From contig NZ_LT906458.1 in NCBI RefSeq assembly GCF_900187275.1, positions 1,530,001 to 1,562,000 on the forward strand: 32,000 nucleotides of DNA. Reading direction: 5' to 3'. Below the pieces are notes generated by a model. That model was not told where the DNA came from. It worked only from the letters and a program-made list of their open reading frames with translations, and made no database searches. The DNA is from Pasteurella multocida (GTDB lineage Bacteria; Pseudomonadota; Gammaproteobacteria; Enterobacterales; Pasteurellaceae). The position numbers and the translations under genes are program-made. Below are positions 11,907-20,743 of the stretch, in pieces (within the stretch, counting starts at the first letter, position 1; each line of letters begins with the position of its first letter).

Positions 11907-12866
11907 ATGATGAAAATCCAATCTGTGGGAGAAAGCAAAATGGGCAAAATCTGGGTATTAGGCGATGCGGTGGTTGATTTAATTCCGGAAGGGGAAAACA
12001 CTTATTTACGTTGTGCTGGCGGAGCCCCCGCGAATGTGGCAGTGGGCATTGCGCGTTTAGGCGCCACAACTGGCTTTATTGGACGAGTGGGAGATGATCC
12101 ATTAGGACGCTTTATGTTAAACAAATTACAACAAGAAAATGTCTGTACCCAATATATGCACCTCGATCCCAAACAACTGACTTCCACCGTGATTGTTGAC
12201 TTAAAAGAAGGTGAACGCAGTTTTACTTTTATGGTGAATCCAAGTGCGGATCAATTTTTAGAACTTTCTGATCTGCCACATTTTAACCCAAATGATTGGT
12301 TACATTGTTGCTCTATTGCGCTTATCAATGAACCTTCACGTTCCAGTACATTTGCCGCGATTCATCGAATTAAAGCAGAAGGGGGATTCTTCTCTTTCGA
12401 TCCGAATTTACGAGAATCGTTATGGAATAGCCCAGCAGAAATGAAAACCGTTGTAAATCAAGTGGTCGCCTTGGCTGATGTATTAAAATTTTCCGAAGAA
12501 GAATTATTGTTCTTAACCGACAGCGATACGCTATCAGACGCTACCGCTAAACTGACCCAACACTATCCCGATAAGCTCATTATTGTGACATTGGGTAAAT
12601 TAGGCGCAACCTATTACTTACAAGGCAAAAGCCAATTGATTTCCAGTAAAAAAGCGTTAATCCCCGTTGATACGACAGGGGCGGGAGATGCTTTCGTCAG
12701 TGGACTCTTATTTGGTATCTCACAAGTAAAAAATTGGCAAAATCCAACCGCACTTGTCGAGATCATCAAACAAGCCAATGCATGCGGCGCATTAGCGACA
12801 ACGGCAAAGGGCGCCATGTCTGCGTTACCCAATAAACAGCAATTAGATGCCTTTCTCGCTGAGTAA
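11907..12866 (+). CDS. scrK: Fructokinase (PfkB family), sucrose utilisation
   Basis: 319 aa with MGKIWVLGDAVVDLIPEG, GGAPANVAVG and the PfkB signature DTTGAGDAFVSGLLFG. Adjacent to scrB. The start could be the downstream ATG (MGKIW...). Confidence 0.93.
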   Translation: MMKIQSVGESKMGKIWVLGDAVVDLIPEGENTYLRCAGGAPANVAVGIARLGATTGFIGRVGDDPLGRFMLNKLQQENVCTQYMHLDPKQLTSTVIVDLKEGERSFTFMVNPSADQFLELSDLPHFNPNDWLHCCSIALINEPSRSSTFAAIHRIKAEGGFFSFDPNLRESLWNSPAEMKTVVNQVVALADVLKFSEEELLFLTDSDTLSDATAKLTQHYPDKLIIVTLGKLGATYYLQGKSQLISSKKALIPVDTTGAGDAFVSGLLFGISQVKNWQNPTALVEIIKQANACGALATTAKGAMSALPNKQQLDAFLAE

Positions 12867-12903
12867 AGTGCGGTCATTTTTCTGCCATTTTTGGACAACA
12901 CCT

Positions 12904-14346
12904 ATGTATATTTTTAATCAAGGCAAATACAAAAGTTTGCACGCACAGGAAGTCGGGGAACTTGCACAGATTCGACAACATGTACTACGCGATACACAAT
13001 TTCGCCCGACTTATCATCTTGCGCCAGAAACAGGCTTATTAAATGATCCTAATGGTTTAGTGTTTGATGGCGAAAAATATCATATTTTTTATCAATGGTT
13101 CCCGTACGCCGCAATACACGGAATGAAACATTGGAAACATTTTATTACGTATGATTTTCACCATTTTCAAGCTGCGGATCCATTGATTCCAGATGAACTA
13201 TTTGAATCACACGGTTGCTATTCGGGTGGCGCACTGTTATGGCAAGATCAGATTGTTGCTTTTTATACTGGCAACACGCGCAACGCAGAAAATCAACGTA
13301 TTCCGCACCAAAACATCGCGATTTTTAAGAAAGACGGCACACTCTTAAAAAAACGTTGCTTGTTAAATCAAGCCCCAACAGGTTATACCGAGCATGTCAG
13401 AGATCCCAAACCATTTATAACGGAAGAAGGCAAAATTCGCTTTATTCTCGGTGCACAACGTGAAGATCTTTCTGGCACAGCGTTAATCTATGAAATGACC
13501 GATCTTGATGCCACACCACAACTTATCGGTGAATTCAAACTCCCTGATTTTGATAACCAGCAGGTATTTATGTGGGAATGCCCTGATTTGCTCAAGCTTC
13601 AAGAACAAGATCTGTTTCTTTGGTCCCCTCAAGGCAAAGCACAAAAAACCTACTGTTTCCAAAATCACTACCATGCCACTTATGCGCTGGGTCAATATGC
13701 CAATTTGCACTTTTCCGCACAGCATATCGAAGAACTGGATTATGGCTTTGACTTTTATGCGCCACAAAGTATTCAGGGATCGGAAGGTATCTATTATGCT
13801 TGGGTTGGCTTACCAGACTTAACCTATCCAACGGATGAATACCAATGGCATTCTATGCTAAGTTTGCCACGTCAATTTTCAATTCAGCAGGGAATACTTT
13901 ATCAGCGCCCAATTCCACAAGTGTATGCCCAGTGTCTACCTGCGCATAAATATTGGGTGGAGGGCAAGCAACAAATTCCACATTTAGATCGTAGCTATGT
14001 TGCTTTTGATGCTGAAAATCAGCCTTTCACACTGCGTTTTTTCACAAACCAGCGAGGACAACAACTGATTTTACGCTATCAAAATGGCATACTGACGCTA
14101 GATAGAACATACACAACACAGACCGCCTTGATGCAACAATTTGGTGAACAACGCCATTGTATTTTGCCTCAATTAAACCATGTGGAAATATTCTTTGATC
14201 GTTCTGTCGTGGAAATTTTTTTAAATCAAGGTGAGAAAGTGATGACTTCACGTTTCTTTATTGCAGATCGAGAAAATGCGTTAGATAGCTCTCGCCCGCT
14301 CTGTGTTTCTGTGGCAGAATTAAAACCCATTATCTTAACACCCTAA
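12904..14346 (+). CDS. scrB: Sucrose-6-phosphate hydrolase (GH32)
   Basis: GH32 motifs GLLNDPNGLVFDG (nucleophile), RDPKPF and ECPDLL (acid/base). Start moved to MYIFNQGKYKS. Confidence 0.95.
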   Translation: MYIFNQGKYKSLHAQEVGELAQIRQHVLRDTQFRPTYHLAPETGLLNDPNGLVFDGEKYHIFYQWFPYAAIHGMKHWKHFITYDFHHFQAADPLIPDELFESHGCYSGGALLWQDQIVAFYTGNTRNAENQRIPHQNIAIFKKDGTLLKKRCLLNQAPTGYTEHVRDPKPFITEEGKIRFILGAQREDLSGTALIYEMTDLDATPQLIGEFKLPDFDNQQVFMWECPDLLKLQEQDLFLWSPQGKAQKTYCFQNHYHATYALGQYANLHFSAQHIEELDYGFDFYAPQSIQGSEGIYYAWVGLPDLTYPTDEYQWHSMLSLPRQFSIQQGILYQRPIPQVYAQCLPAHKYWVEGKQQIPHLDRSYVAFDAENQPFTLRFFTNQRGQQLILRYQNGILTLDRTYTTQTALMQQFGEQRHCILPQLNHVEIFFDRSVVEIFLNQGEKVMTSRFFIADRENALDSSRPLCVSVAELKPIILTP

Positions 14347-14371
14347 GTTTTCATTTATTTCTCTTTACAGC

Positions 14372-15391
14372 ATGAGCATTACCAATAAAAAACGTATCAC
14401 CCTCAGCGATATTGCGAAATGTTGTGGTTTATCCACCACTACCGTCAGTATGATTTTAAATAATCGAGGTGAGGAATTTAAAATTAAAGCGGAGACGTGT
14501 CAACGCGTAAAAGCCATTGCGGAACAACAAGGTTATCGAGCAAATGTCTACGCCAAATCACTCAAAATGCAACGCTCTAATGTAATAGGTTTCGTGATTC
14601 CAGATCTGACGAACTACGGCTTTGCCTGTACAGCTAAAATATTAGAAAAGCAGTGTCGTGAAAATGGTTTACAACTTATTATTGCCTGTTCAGATGACAA
14701 TCCACAGCAAGAAAAATTAGCGATTGAGCGTTTATTGGATCGTCAAATTGATTTTTTAATTACTGCCCCTACTCATCAAGATCCGAGTTACTACCAGAAA
14801 ATCGGTCAACACACTCCTATTTTACAATTGGATCGTTATGTACCAGACTTGGCGCTGAACTATGTCATCAGTAATGATAGTGAACACATTACGGCTTTAA
14901 TTTGCCGTCTATGTGACCAGTATCAGCTAACAGAATTCATGTACTTTGGCGGACAGCGTACCCTTTCTCCTAGCGAATCACGCTTAGCGGGCTTTTTACA
15001 AGGGCTTAAACAAGCCAATCTTAACCTAAAAAAAGAATGGATATTACACCGCACCTATCAACCAGAATCAGGTTATCAAATGTTAGCGGAGACAGAAGCT
15101 AAACTAGGTCGCTTACCTCAAGCGATCTTCACCGCTTCCTATACTTTGTTAGAGGGCGTGTTACGTTACTTAACAGAACAAAAAAAAATGGATTTATTAC
15201 TTAATCGTCAGTTACATTTAGCCACTTTCGATGATCACGATATCTTAAATGCCTTGCCATTCCACATACATTCTATTAAACAAAATCACCCCCAGCTTGC
15301 TCAGCAGATTTTCCAACATATTATGCGTTACTTTGCAGGTAAAAAAAGCCCTAACCAAAAAATCGACTGTGACGTCATTTATCGTGATTAA
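14372..15391 (+). CDS. scrR: LacI-family sucrose operon repressor
   Basis: 339 aa with N-terminal LacI HTH (KRITLSDIAKCCGLSTTTVSMILNNRGEEFKIKAETCQRVKAIAEQQGYRANVYAKSLK). Lies between scrB and scrA. Confidence 0.93.
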   Translation: MSITNKKRITLSDIAKCCGLSTTTVSMILNNRGEEFKIKAETCQRVKAIAEQQGYRANVYAKSLKMQRSNVIGFVIPDLTNYGFACTAKILEKQCRENGLQLIIACSDDNPQQEKLAIERLLDRQIDFLITAPTHQDPSYYQKIGQHTPILQLDRYVPDLALNYVISNDSEHITALICRLCDQYQLTEFMYFGGQRTLSPSESRLAGFLQGLKQANLNLKKEWILHRTYQPESGYQMLAETEAKLGRLPQAIFTASYTLLEGVLRYLTEQKKMDLLLNRQLHLATFDDHDILNALPFHIHSIKQNHPQLAQQIFQHIMRYFAGKKSPNQKIDCDVIYRD

Positions 15392-15411
15392 GCTATCGCA
15401 ACGCTGAAGAC

Positions 15412-15440
15412 AAGGAGAATAACGTTATTCTCCTTTGTTT
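15412..15440 (+). terminator. Terminator downstream of scrR
   Basis: Perfect 24-bp palindrome AAGGAGAATAACGTTATTCTCCTT followed by TGTTTT, 21 nt after the scrR stop. Confidence 0.75.
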
Positions 15441-15497
15441 TATTAAACGACACTTTCTTCTTGTTCCATTCAAACAATACATCGTTTCTTTGCAAAA

Positions 15498-15518
15498 AAT
15501 GTGATCTAGCGCATAAAA
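15498..15518 (+). promoter_or_regulatory. Possible CRP site upstream of scrA
   Basis: aaaaTGTGATCTAGCGCATaaaa matches the left half of the CRP consensus and part of the right half, immediately before the first operator. Confidence 0.45.
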
Positions 15519-15534
15519 CTAAAACGTTTTAGTT
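15517..15534 (+). promoter_or_regulatory. ScrR-type operator O1 upstream of scrA
   Basis: AACTAAAACGTTTTAGTT, identical to 11880..11897. Confidence 0.88.
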
Positions 15535-15548
15535 AAATACATCTTTAC

Positions 15549-15566
15549 AACTAAAACGTTTTAGTT
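15549..15566 (+). promoter_or_regulatory. ScrR-type operator O2 upstream of scrA
   Basis: AACTAAAACGTTTTAGTT. Its centre is 32 bp from that of O1, about three helical turns. Confidence 0.88.
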
Positions 15567-15619
15567 AAAATAAAATTACACATTTTTTCTACATCAACAC
15601 AACTTTATAGGTGGTGACC

Positions 15620-17044
15620 ATGAACTTCTCGCAAATCGCCCAACAAGTGATTGACAAACTCGGTGGTAAAGACAATATCTCTGCTGCGGCACATTGTGCT
15701 ACCCGATTGAGAATCGTTGTAAAAAATGAAAACTTGATTGATAAAAAAGGCATTGAGAATATTGAAGGTGTCAAAGGTCAATTTGCCGTAGCAGGACAAT
15801 ACCAAATTATTTTTGGTTCTGGCACAGTCAATAAAGTCTATGCAGAGTTAAGCAAGTTGTTAGGTATCGGTGATATGACGACTTCTGAAGTCGCTGCCGC
15901 TGGTACAGAAAAACAAGGGTTATTACAACGCTTAGTGAAAGGTCTAGCTGATATTTTCGTCCCAATTATTCCTGCCATCGTTGCCGGTGGTTTGTTAATG
16001 GGTATTCACAGTATGTTGACAGCAAAAGGTTTCTTCGTTGAAGAAAAAAATGTTGTCGATCTGTATCCCGCAATAGCTGATTTAGTGGATTTTATTAATA
16101 CCATTGCAAATGCACCTTTTGTCTTCTTACCTGTATTACTTGGTTTTTCCGCCACTCGAAAATTTGGCGGTAATCCATTCTTAGGAGCGGCACTTGGCAT
16201 GCTATTAGTGCACCCAGCACTTTCTGATGGCTGGAATTATGCACTGACACTCACTAAAGGCAATATTCAATATTGGCATATCTTTGGTTTAGAAATTGAA
16301 CGTGTCGGCTACCAAGGTACAGTTATCCCCGTTCTTGTCGCCTCTTGGGTCTTAGCAACCTTGGAGAAAAACCTACGTAAAGTCGTTCCGTCATTTCTTG
16401 ATAACTTAATTACCCCACTTTTTGCATTATTTATAACGGGCTTACTCGCTTTTACCGTAATAGGTCCTATCGGGCGTGAAGCGGGGTCTTTAATTAGTAC
16501 AGGCTTGACCTGGTTGTATGACACATTAGGATTCGTGGGGGGGGCCATTTTCGGTACACTTTACGCCCCCATTGTTATCACAGGTATGCACCAAACATTT
16601 ATCGCCGTCGAAACACAATTGCTTGCTGAGGTGGCTCGCACTGGAGGTACCTTTATCTTCCCAATCGCCGCAATGTCAAATATTGCTCAAGGTGCAGCTT
16701 GTTTGGGCGCCGCTTATGTGATGAAAGATGCCAAAGTAAGAGGGATCGGCGTACCTTCTGGCATCTCAGCCTTGTTAGGGATTACTGAGCCCGCCATGTT
16801 CGGTGTCAACTTACGCTATCGCTATCCTTTCATATCTGCCATGATCGGTGCTGGCATTTCCAGTGCGGTCATTGCCTTGTTTAATGTTAAAGCCATTGCT
16901 TTAGGCGCTGCGGGCTTGCCGGGCATCCCCTCAATTAAGCCGGATAGTTTAGCAATGTATTGTGTCGGTATGCTTATTTCCGCATCGATTGCATTTACTC
17001 TCACCGTCATTTTAGGTAAAAGAGCACAACTAAAAGCAGAATAA
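15620..17044 (+). CDS. scrA: PTS sucrose transporter subunit IIBC
   Basis: EIIB motif HCATRLRIVVKN and EIIC motifs GITEPAMFGVNLRY and GMHQTFIAVETQL. Downstream of scrR with ScrR-type operators. Confidence 0.94.
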   Translation: MNFSQIAQQVIDKLGGKDNISAAAHCATRLRIVVKNENLIDKKGIENIEGVKGQFAVAGQYQIIFGSGTVNKVYAELSKLLGIGDMTTSEVAAAGTEKQGLLQRLVKGLADIFVPIIPAIVAGGLLMGIHSMLTAKGFFVEEKNVVDLYPAIADLVDFINTIANAPFVFLPVLLGFSATRKFGGNPFLGAALGMLLVHPALSDGWNYALTLTKGNIQYWHIFGLEIERVGYQGTVIPVLVASWVLATLEKNLRKVVPSFLDNLITPLFALFITGLLAFTVIGPIGREAGSLISTGLTWLYDTLGFVGGAIFGTLYAPIVITGMHQTFIAVETQLLAEVARTGGTFIFPIAAMSNIAQGAACLGAAYVMKDAKVRGIGVPSGISALLGITEPAMFGVNLRYRYPFISAMIGAGISSAVIALFNVKAIALGAAGLPGIPSIKPDSLAMYCVGMLISASIAFTLTVILGKRAQLKAE

Positions 17045-17062
17045 GACGATTGTTGCGTGTAT

Positions 17063-17101
17063 AAAAATGCCGTGATAGAAAAAAATCACGGCATTTTTCT
17101 T
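17063..17101 (+). terminator. Strong rho-independent terminator downstream of scrA
   Basis: AAAAATGCCGTGAT-agaaaaaa-ATCACGGCATTTTT perfect 14-bp stem. Confidence 0.9.
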
Positions 17102-17159
17102 TTTAAAAGCGTATGATATCCGCATATTGGATGCTCATTTTTATTGTCTAGGATCTTTT

Positions 17160-17567
17160 ATGAAATCGTTAACTCAACTTCTCTTCATCCTTACCGCACT
17201 TTTACCTACCTCGCTTTTTGCTCACATCCATGTCGAGCAAGCCCAGATGTTCAGTGCCAAAGCCGGTGAGCCAAGTGCCATATTCATGAATATTCATAAT
17301 ACGGGAAATGAAGATGTGAGTTTAGCGCTAGTACAAAGTGATATCCGTGCCGATATCGTCTTACACGGCACACAACATGGCAAGATGATTGAAGTCACTG
17401 GTATTAACCTACCTGCACATCAAATGACGGCGCTCAAACGGGGTGGATTGCATATCATGGTGTTTAATGTCGAACAAGATCTCAACGCGGGTGATTCCTT
17501 CCCACTGCGTTTACTCTTTGACAACGGTGAAATCATGCATATTGAGGCAAAAATTATTCAATACTAA
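17160..17567 (+). CDS. Copper chaperone PCu(A)C-like periplasmic protein
   Basis: Signal peptide (MKSLTQLLFILTALLPTSLFA) then AGEPSAIFMNIHNTGNEDVSL...VLHGTQHGKMIEV...LKRGGLHIMVFNVEQDLNAGDSFPLRLLFDNGE, a PCuAC/DUF461-like pattern. Confidence 0.82.
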   Translation: MKSLTQLLFILTALLPTSLFAHIHVEQAQMFSAKAGEPSAIFMNIHNTGNEDVSLALVQSDIRADIVLHGTQHGKMIEVTGINLPAHQMTALKRGGLHIMVFNVEQDLNAGDSFPLRLLFDNGEIMHIEAKIIQY

Positions 17568-17635
17568 TAAATCACCTCAGAAATCGTCTAAAATACGCGA
17601 TATGATTTGTTATTTTCAACATGGATAGAATAAGT

Positions 17636-18682
17636 ATGCATATTTTAATTATTGGACCCTCTTGGGTTGGCGATATGATGATGTCGCATAGCCTGTATCA
17701 AACACTCAAACAACAATATCCCCAGTGTGAAATTGATGTCATGGCACCCAATTGGTGTAAACCTCTCTTAGAACGTATGCCTGAAGTGCGACAAGCCATT
17801 ACAATGCCATTAGGACATGGGGCATTTGCCTTGGGTGATCGTTATCGCTTAGGCAAAGCATTACGCCACCAATATGATATGGCGATTGTTCTACCTAATT
17901 CACTCAAATCCGCATTCATTCCTTTTTTTGCCAAGATTCCGCTTCGCCGTGGTTGGAAAGGCGAAAGTCGCTATCTCTTTTTAAATGATTTACGCAGTAA
18001 TAAAAAAGACTATCCGATGATGGTGCAACGCTATATTGCTTTAGCTTTTGAAAAAGGTGCTGTGCCGAAAGCAGAGGATTTGCCACGACCCGTCCCTTAT
18101 TTAACGGTCGATCCCATCACACAACAACATACCTTAAAAAAATTTGAAAAACAGACCGCACTTATTTCCCCACGCCCGAGTATTGGCTTTTGCCCGGGAG
18201 CAGAATTTGGTCCAGCAAAACGCTGGCCTCATTATCATTATGCTAAATTGGCAGAAATGCTGATTCAACAAGGCTATGCCATTCGTTTGTTTGGTTCTGC
18301 CAAAGATGAAGCCGTAGGCGAAGAAATCCGCCAAGCGCTACCTGAAACAATGCGTCACTTTTGCATAAATCTGGCAGGGCAAACCAGTTTGAATGAGGCA
18401 GTGGATTTAATCGCTGATTGTACCGCTATCGTCACCAATGACAGTGGACTCATGCATATCGCAGCCGCAGTTCAGCGCCCTTTAGTGGCACTTTATGGAC
18501 CAACGAGCCCCACTTATACGCCTCCACTTTCTGAAAAAGCCGTGATTATTCGTTTAATTGAAGATGGCTTAATCAAAGTACGTAAAGGCAAAGACAGTGA
18601 CGAAGGTTACCATCAAAGTTTAATTGATATTCAACCGGAATTGGTATTCGATAAACTCACAGGATTACTTGCTAACACATGA
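17636..18682 (+). CDS. waaF: ADP-heptose--LPS heptosyltransferase II
   Basis: MHILIIGPSWVGDMMMSHSLYQTLKQQYP..., FCPGAEFGPAKRWPHYHYAKLAE and VTNDSGLMHIAAAVQRPLVALYGPTSPTYTPPLS, all GT9 WaaF motifs. Confidence 0.96.
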   Translation: MHILIIGPSWVGDMMMSHSLYQTLKQQYPQCEIDVMAPNWCKPLLERMPEVRQAITMPLGHGAFALGDRYRLGKALRHQYDMAIVLPNSLKSAFIPFFAKIPLRRGWKGESRYLFLNDLRSNKKDYPMMVQRYIALAFEKGAVPKAEDLPRPVPYLTVDPITQQHTLKKFEKQTALISPRPSIGFCPGAEFGPAKRWPHYHYAKLAEMLIQQGYAIRLFGSAKDEAVGEEIRQALPETMRHFCINLAGQTSLNEAVDLIADCTAIVTNDSGLMHIAAAVQRPLVALYGPTSPTYTPPLSEKAVIIRLIEDGLIKVRKGKDSDEGYHQSLIDIQPELVFDKLTGLLANT

Positions 18683-19644
18683 AAATTTGTTTAATCAAAA
18701 CCTCATCAATGGGCGACATTCTGCACAGTTTACCTGCGCTCACCGATGCCCAACGCGCCCTCCCCAATTTACAAGTTGATTGGGTGGTCGAAGAAAGTTT
18801 CGCTGAAATTCCCCATTGGCATAGCGCCGTCCGACAGGTTATCCCCATTGCTCTGCGACGTTGGCGTAAAACCCCATTTACCGCCCTAACTCGAAAACAG
18901 TGGAAAACTTACCGCACTTTATTACAATCAGAACAATATGATGCGGTCATTGATGCACAAGGCTTACTTAAAAGTGCCCTTTTTGCCACTCGATTAGCGC
19001 GAGGCACACGCCATGGTTACGATCGTCATTCGATTCGTGAACCGATTGCCGCCTGTTTCTACGATAAAAAATACGCCATTAGCTATCAACAACATGCTGT
19101 CGAACGTATTCGCCAGCTGTTTGCACAAAGCCTAAATTATCCCTTACCCCATACACAAGGCGATTACGGCATAGCACGCCATTTCCCACAACACGCACAA
19201 ACGATGCCTTATGTCCTCTTTTTCCATGGCACCACACGCCAAGATAAATTTCTACCGGACAAACAATGGCGGACATTAGCAGAAAAACTGACCGCACAGG
19301 GTATCCAAATTCACGTACCTTGGTCAAATCCTCAAGAAAAACAGCGTGCAGAGAGGATCGCCCAAGGGCTTGATCTTGTGACGATTTTGCCAAAATCCAC
19401 ATTATCCGAGTTAGCACAGCAGATTGTGAATGCCAGCGCTGTTGTTTCTGTTGACACCGGATTGGCACATTTAAGTGCCGCACTCGATAAAACCAACTTG
19501 ACTCTCTATGGTGCTACGGATCCCAAACTGATCGGCTCCTACGGCAAAAACCAGCATTATCTCGTTGCTGAGAGTATGGATAAGATTGAAGCTGATGAAA
19601 TTTTCCAAAAATTGACCGCACTTTTATCGTTAAACACGATATAA
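18679..19644 (+). CDS. waaC: LPS heptosyltransferase I
   Basis: MKICLIKTSSMGDILHSLPALTDAQRALPNLQVDWVVEESFAEIP... and VSVDTGLAHLSAALDKTNLTLYGATDPKLIGSYG. Overlaps waaF by 4 nt. Confidence 0.95.
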   Translation: MKICLIKTSSMGDILHSLPALTDAQRALPNLQVDWVVEESFAEIPHWHSAVRQVIPIALRRWRKTPFTALTRKQWKTYRTLLQSEQYDAVIDAQGLLKSALFATRLARGTRHGYDRHSIREPIAACFYDKKYAISYQQHAVERIRQLFAQSLNYPLPHTQGDYGIARHFPQHAQTMPYVLFFHGTTRQDKFLPDKQWRTLAEKLTAQGIQIHVPWSNPQEKQRAERIAQGLDLVTILPKSTLSELAQQIVNASAVVSVDTGLAHLSAALDKTNLTLYGATDPKLIGSYGKNQHYLVAESMDKIEADEIFQKLTALLSLNTI

Positions 19645-19695
19645 GCTAACAGACCGATCCCCATATCCAACTGTTTTAGTAATATACCAACAGTC

Positions 19696-20743
19696 AATTG
19701 AAACTGCCTATACGGCAGTTAACACCAATCTGATAATCGAGCCAAGATCGCTTTATTTCTAAGCTGCCTACACGGCAGTTAACAAGAGCAGAAAACAGAA
19801 GAATTGGAAGATGACTTTCTAAGCTACCTACACGGCAGTTAACAGTGTAATTCCGCTCCGTTGCTTAAAATAATCTTTCTAAGCTGCCTACACGGCAGTT
19901 AACGTATGAGTTCGGCATTTGCAGAGCTTAAAGCTTTTCTAAGCTGCCTATACGGCAGTTAACCGGGTGCGCAAATGGTTTGCGACAAAAGGCGATTTCT
20001 AAGCTGCCTATACGGCAGTTAACAACTATAATAAAAAAGGCTGTTGCCATTGCTATTTCTAAGCTGCCTATACGGCAGTTAACATGACTTTTGGGGAGCT
20101 ATCGGCATAGTGCTTTTTCTAAGCTGCCTATACGGCAGTTAACACGTGATGACGTGCTCATCTGCGCTGTGGCTTTTTCTAAGCTGCCTATACGGCAGTT
20201 AACGCTTACGGGGATTAACGTGAGCGCGGACACTTTTTCTAAGCTGCCTATACGGCAGTTAACCGTTTCTTCATTTCGCTTACGCTCCCGTTGATTTTCT
20301 AAGCTGCCTATACGGCAGTTAACTTTGATCCATCAAGAAGTGATCATGTGTTCATTTTCTAAGCTGCCTATACGGCAGTTAACGAATACGCGGGGACAGC
20401 TTACAACCTTGCAACTTTCTAAGCTGCCTATACGGCAGTTAACAAAGGCAATATGCGACAAATTCCAGAGATTTTTTTCTAAGCTGCCTATACGGCAGTT
20501 AACGCTCGCGGAAATCTACCCCGATTTAGACACATTTTCTAAGCTGCCTATACGGCAGTTAACCTCGGGATAATCATCCACTGCTCACCTGAAATTTTCT
20601 AAGCTGCCTATACGGCAGTTAACTACGCCATTATGACGACTGACTTCCGCGATAATTTCTAAGCTGCCTATACGGCAGTTAACTTGGTTATATTCTACAC
20701 ACAATAAACACTTTTTTTCTAAGCTGCCTATACGGCAGTTAAC
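19696..20743 (-). CRISPR. CRISPR array with type I-F-like repeats: 18 repeats (28 bp) and 17 spacers (32 bp), exact 60-bp period
   Basis: Plus-strand repeat TTTCTAAGCTGCCTATACGGCAGTTAAC; crRNA sense GTTAACTGCCGTATAGGCAGCTTAGAAA, closely resembling the I-F repeat GTTCACTGCCGTATAGGCAGCTAAGAAA. Units start at 19696, 19756, 19816 ... 20716. Repeats degenerate at the left (waaC) end. All 17 spacers differ. Confidence 0.98.

Noticed and set aside
13483-13831. Antisense and alternate-frame ORFs within scrB (13483..13767 -, 13505..13822 +, 13592..13831 -)
   Set aside because: They overlap a strongly supported GH32 enzyme gene and show no recognisable domains.
20091-20573. ORFs at 20091..20294 and 20325..20573 with repeating FSKLPIRQLT peptides
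   Set aside because: They are translations of the CRISPR repeats. The 60-nt period is divisible by 3, so it keeps a frame open. No coding evidence.
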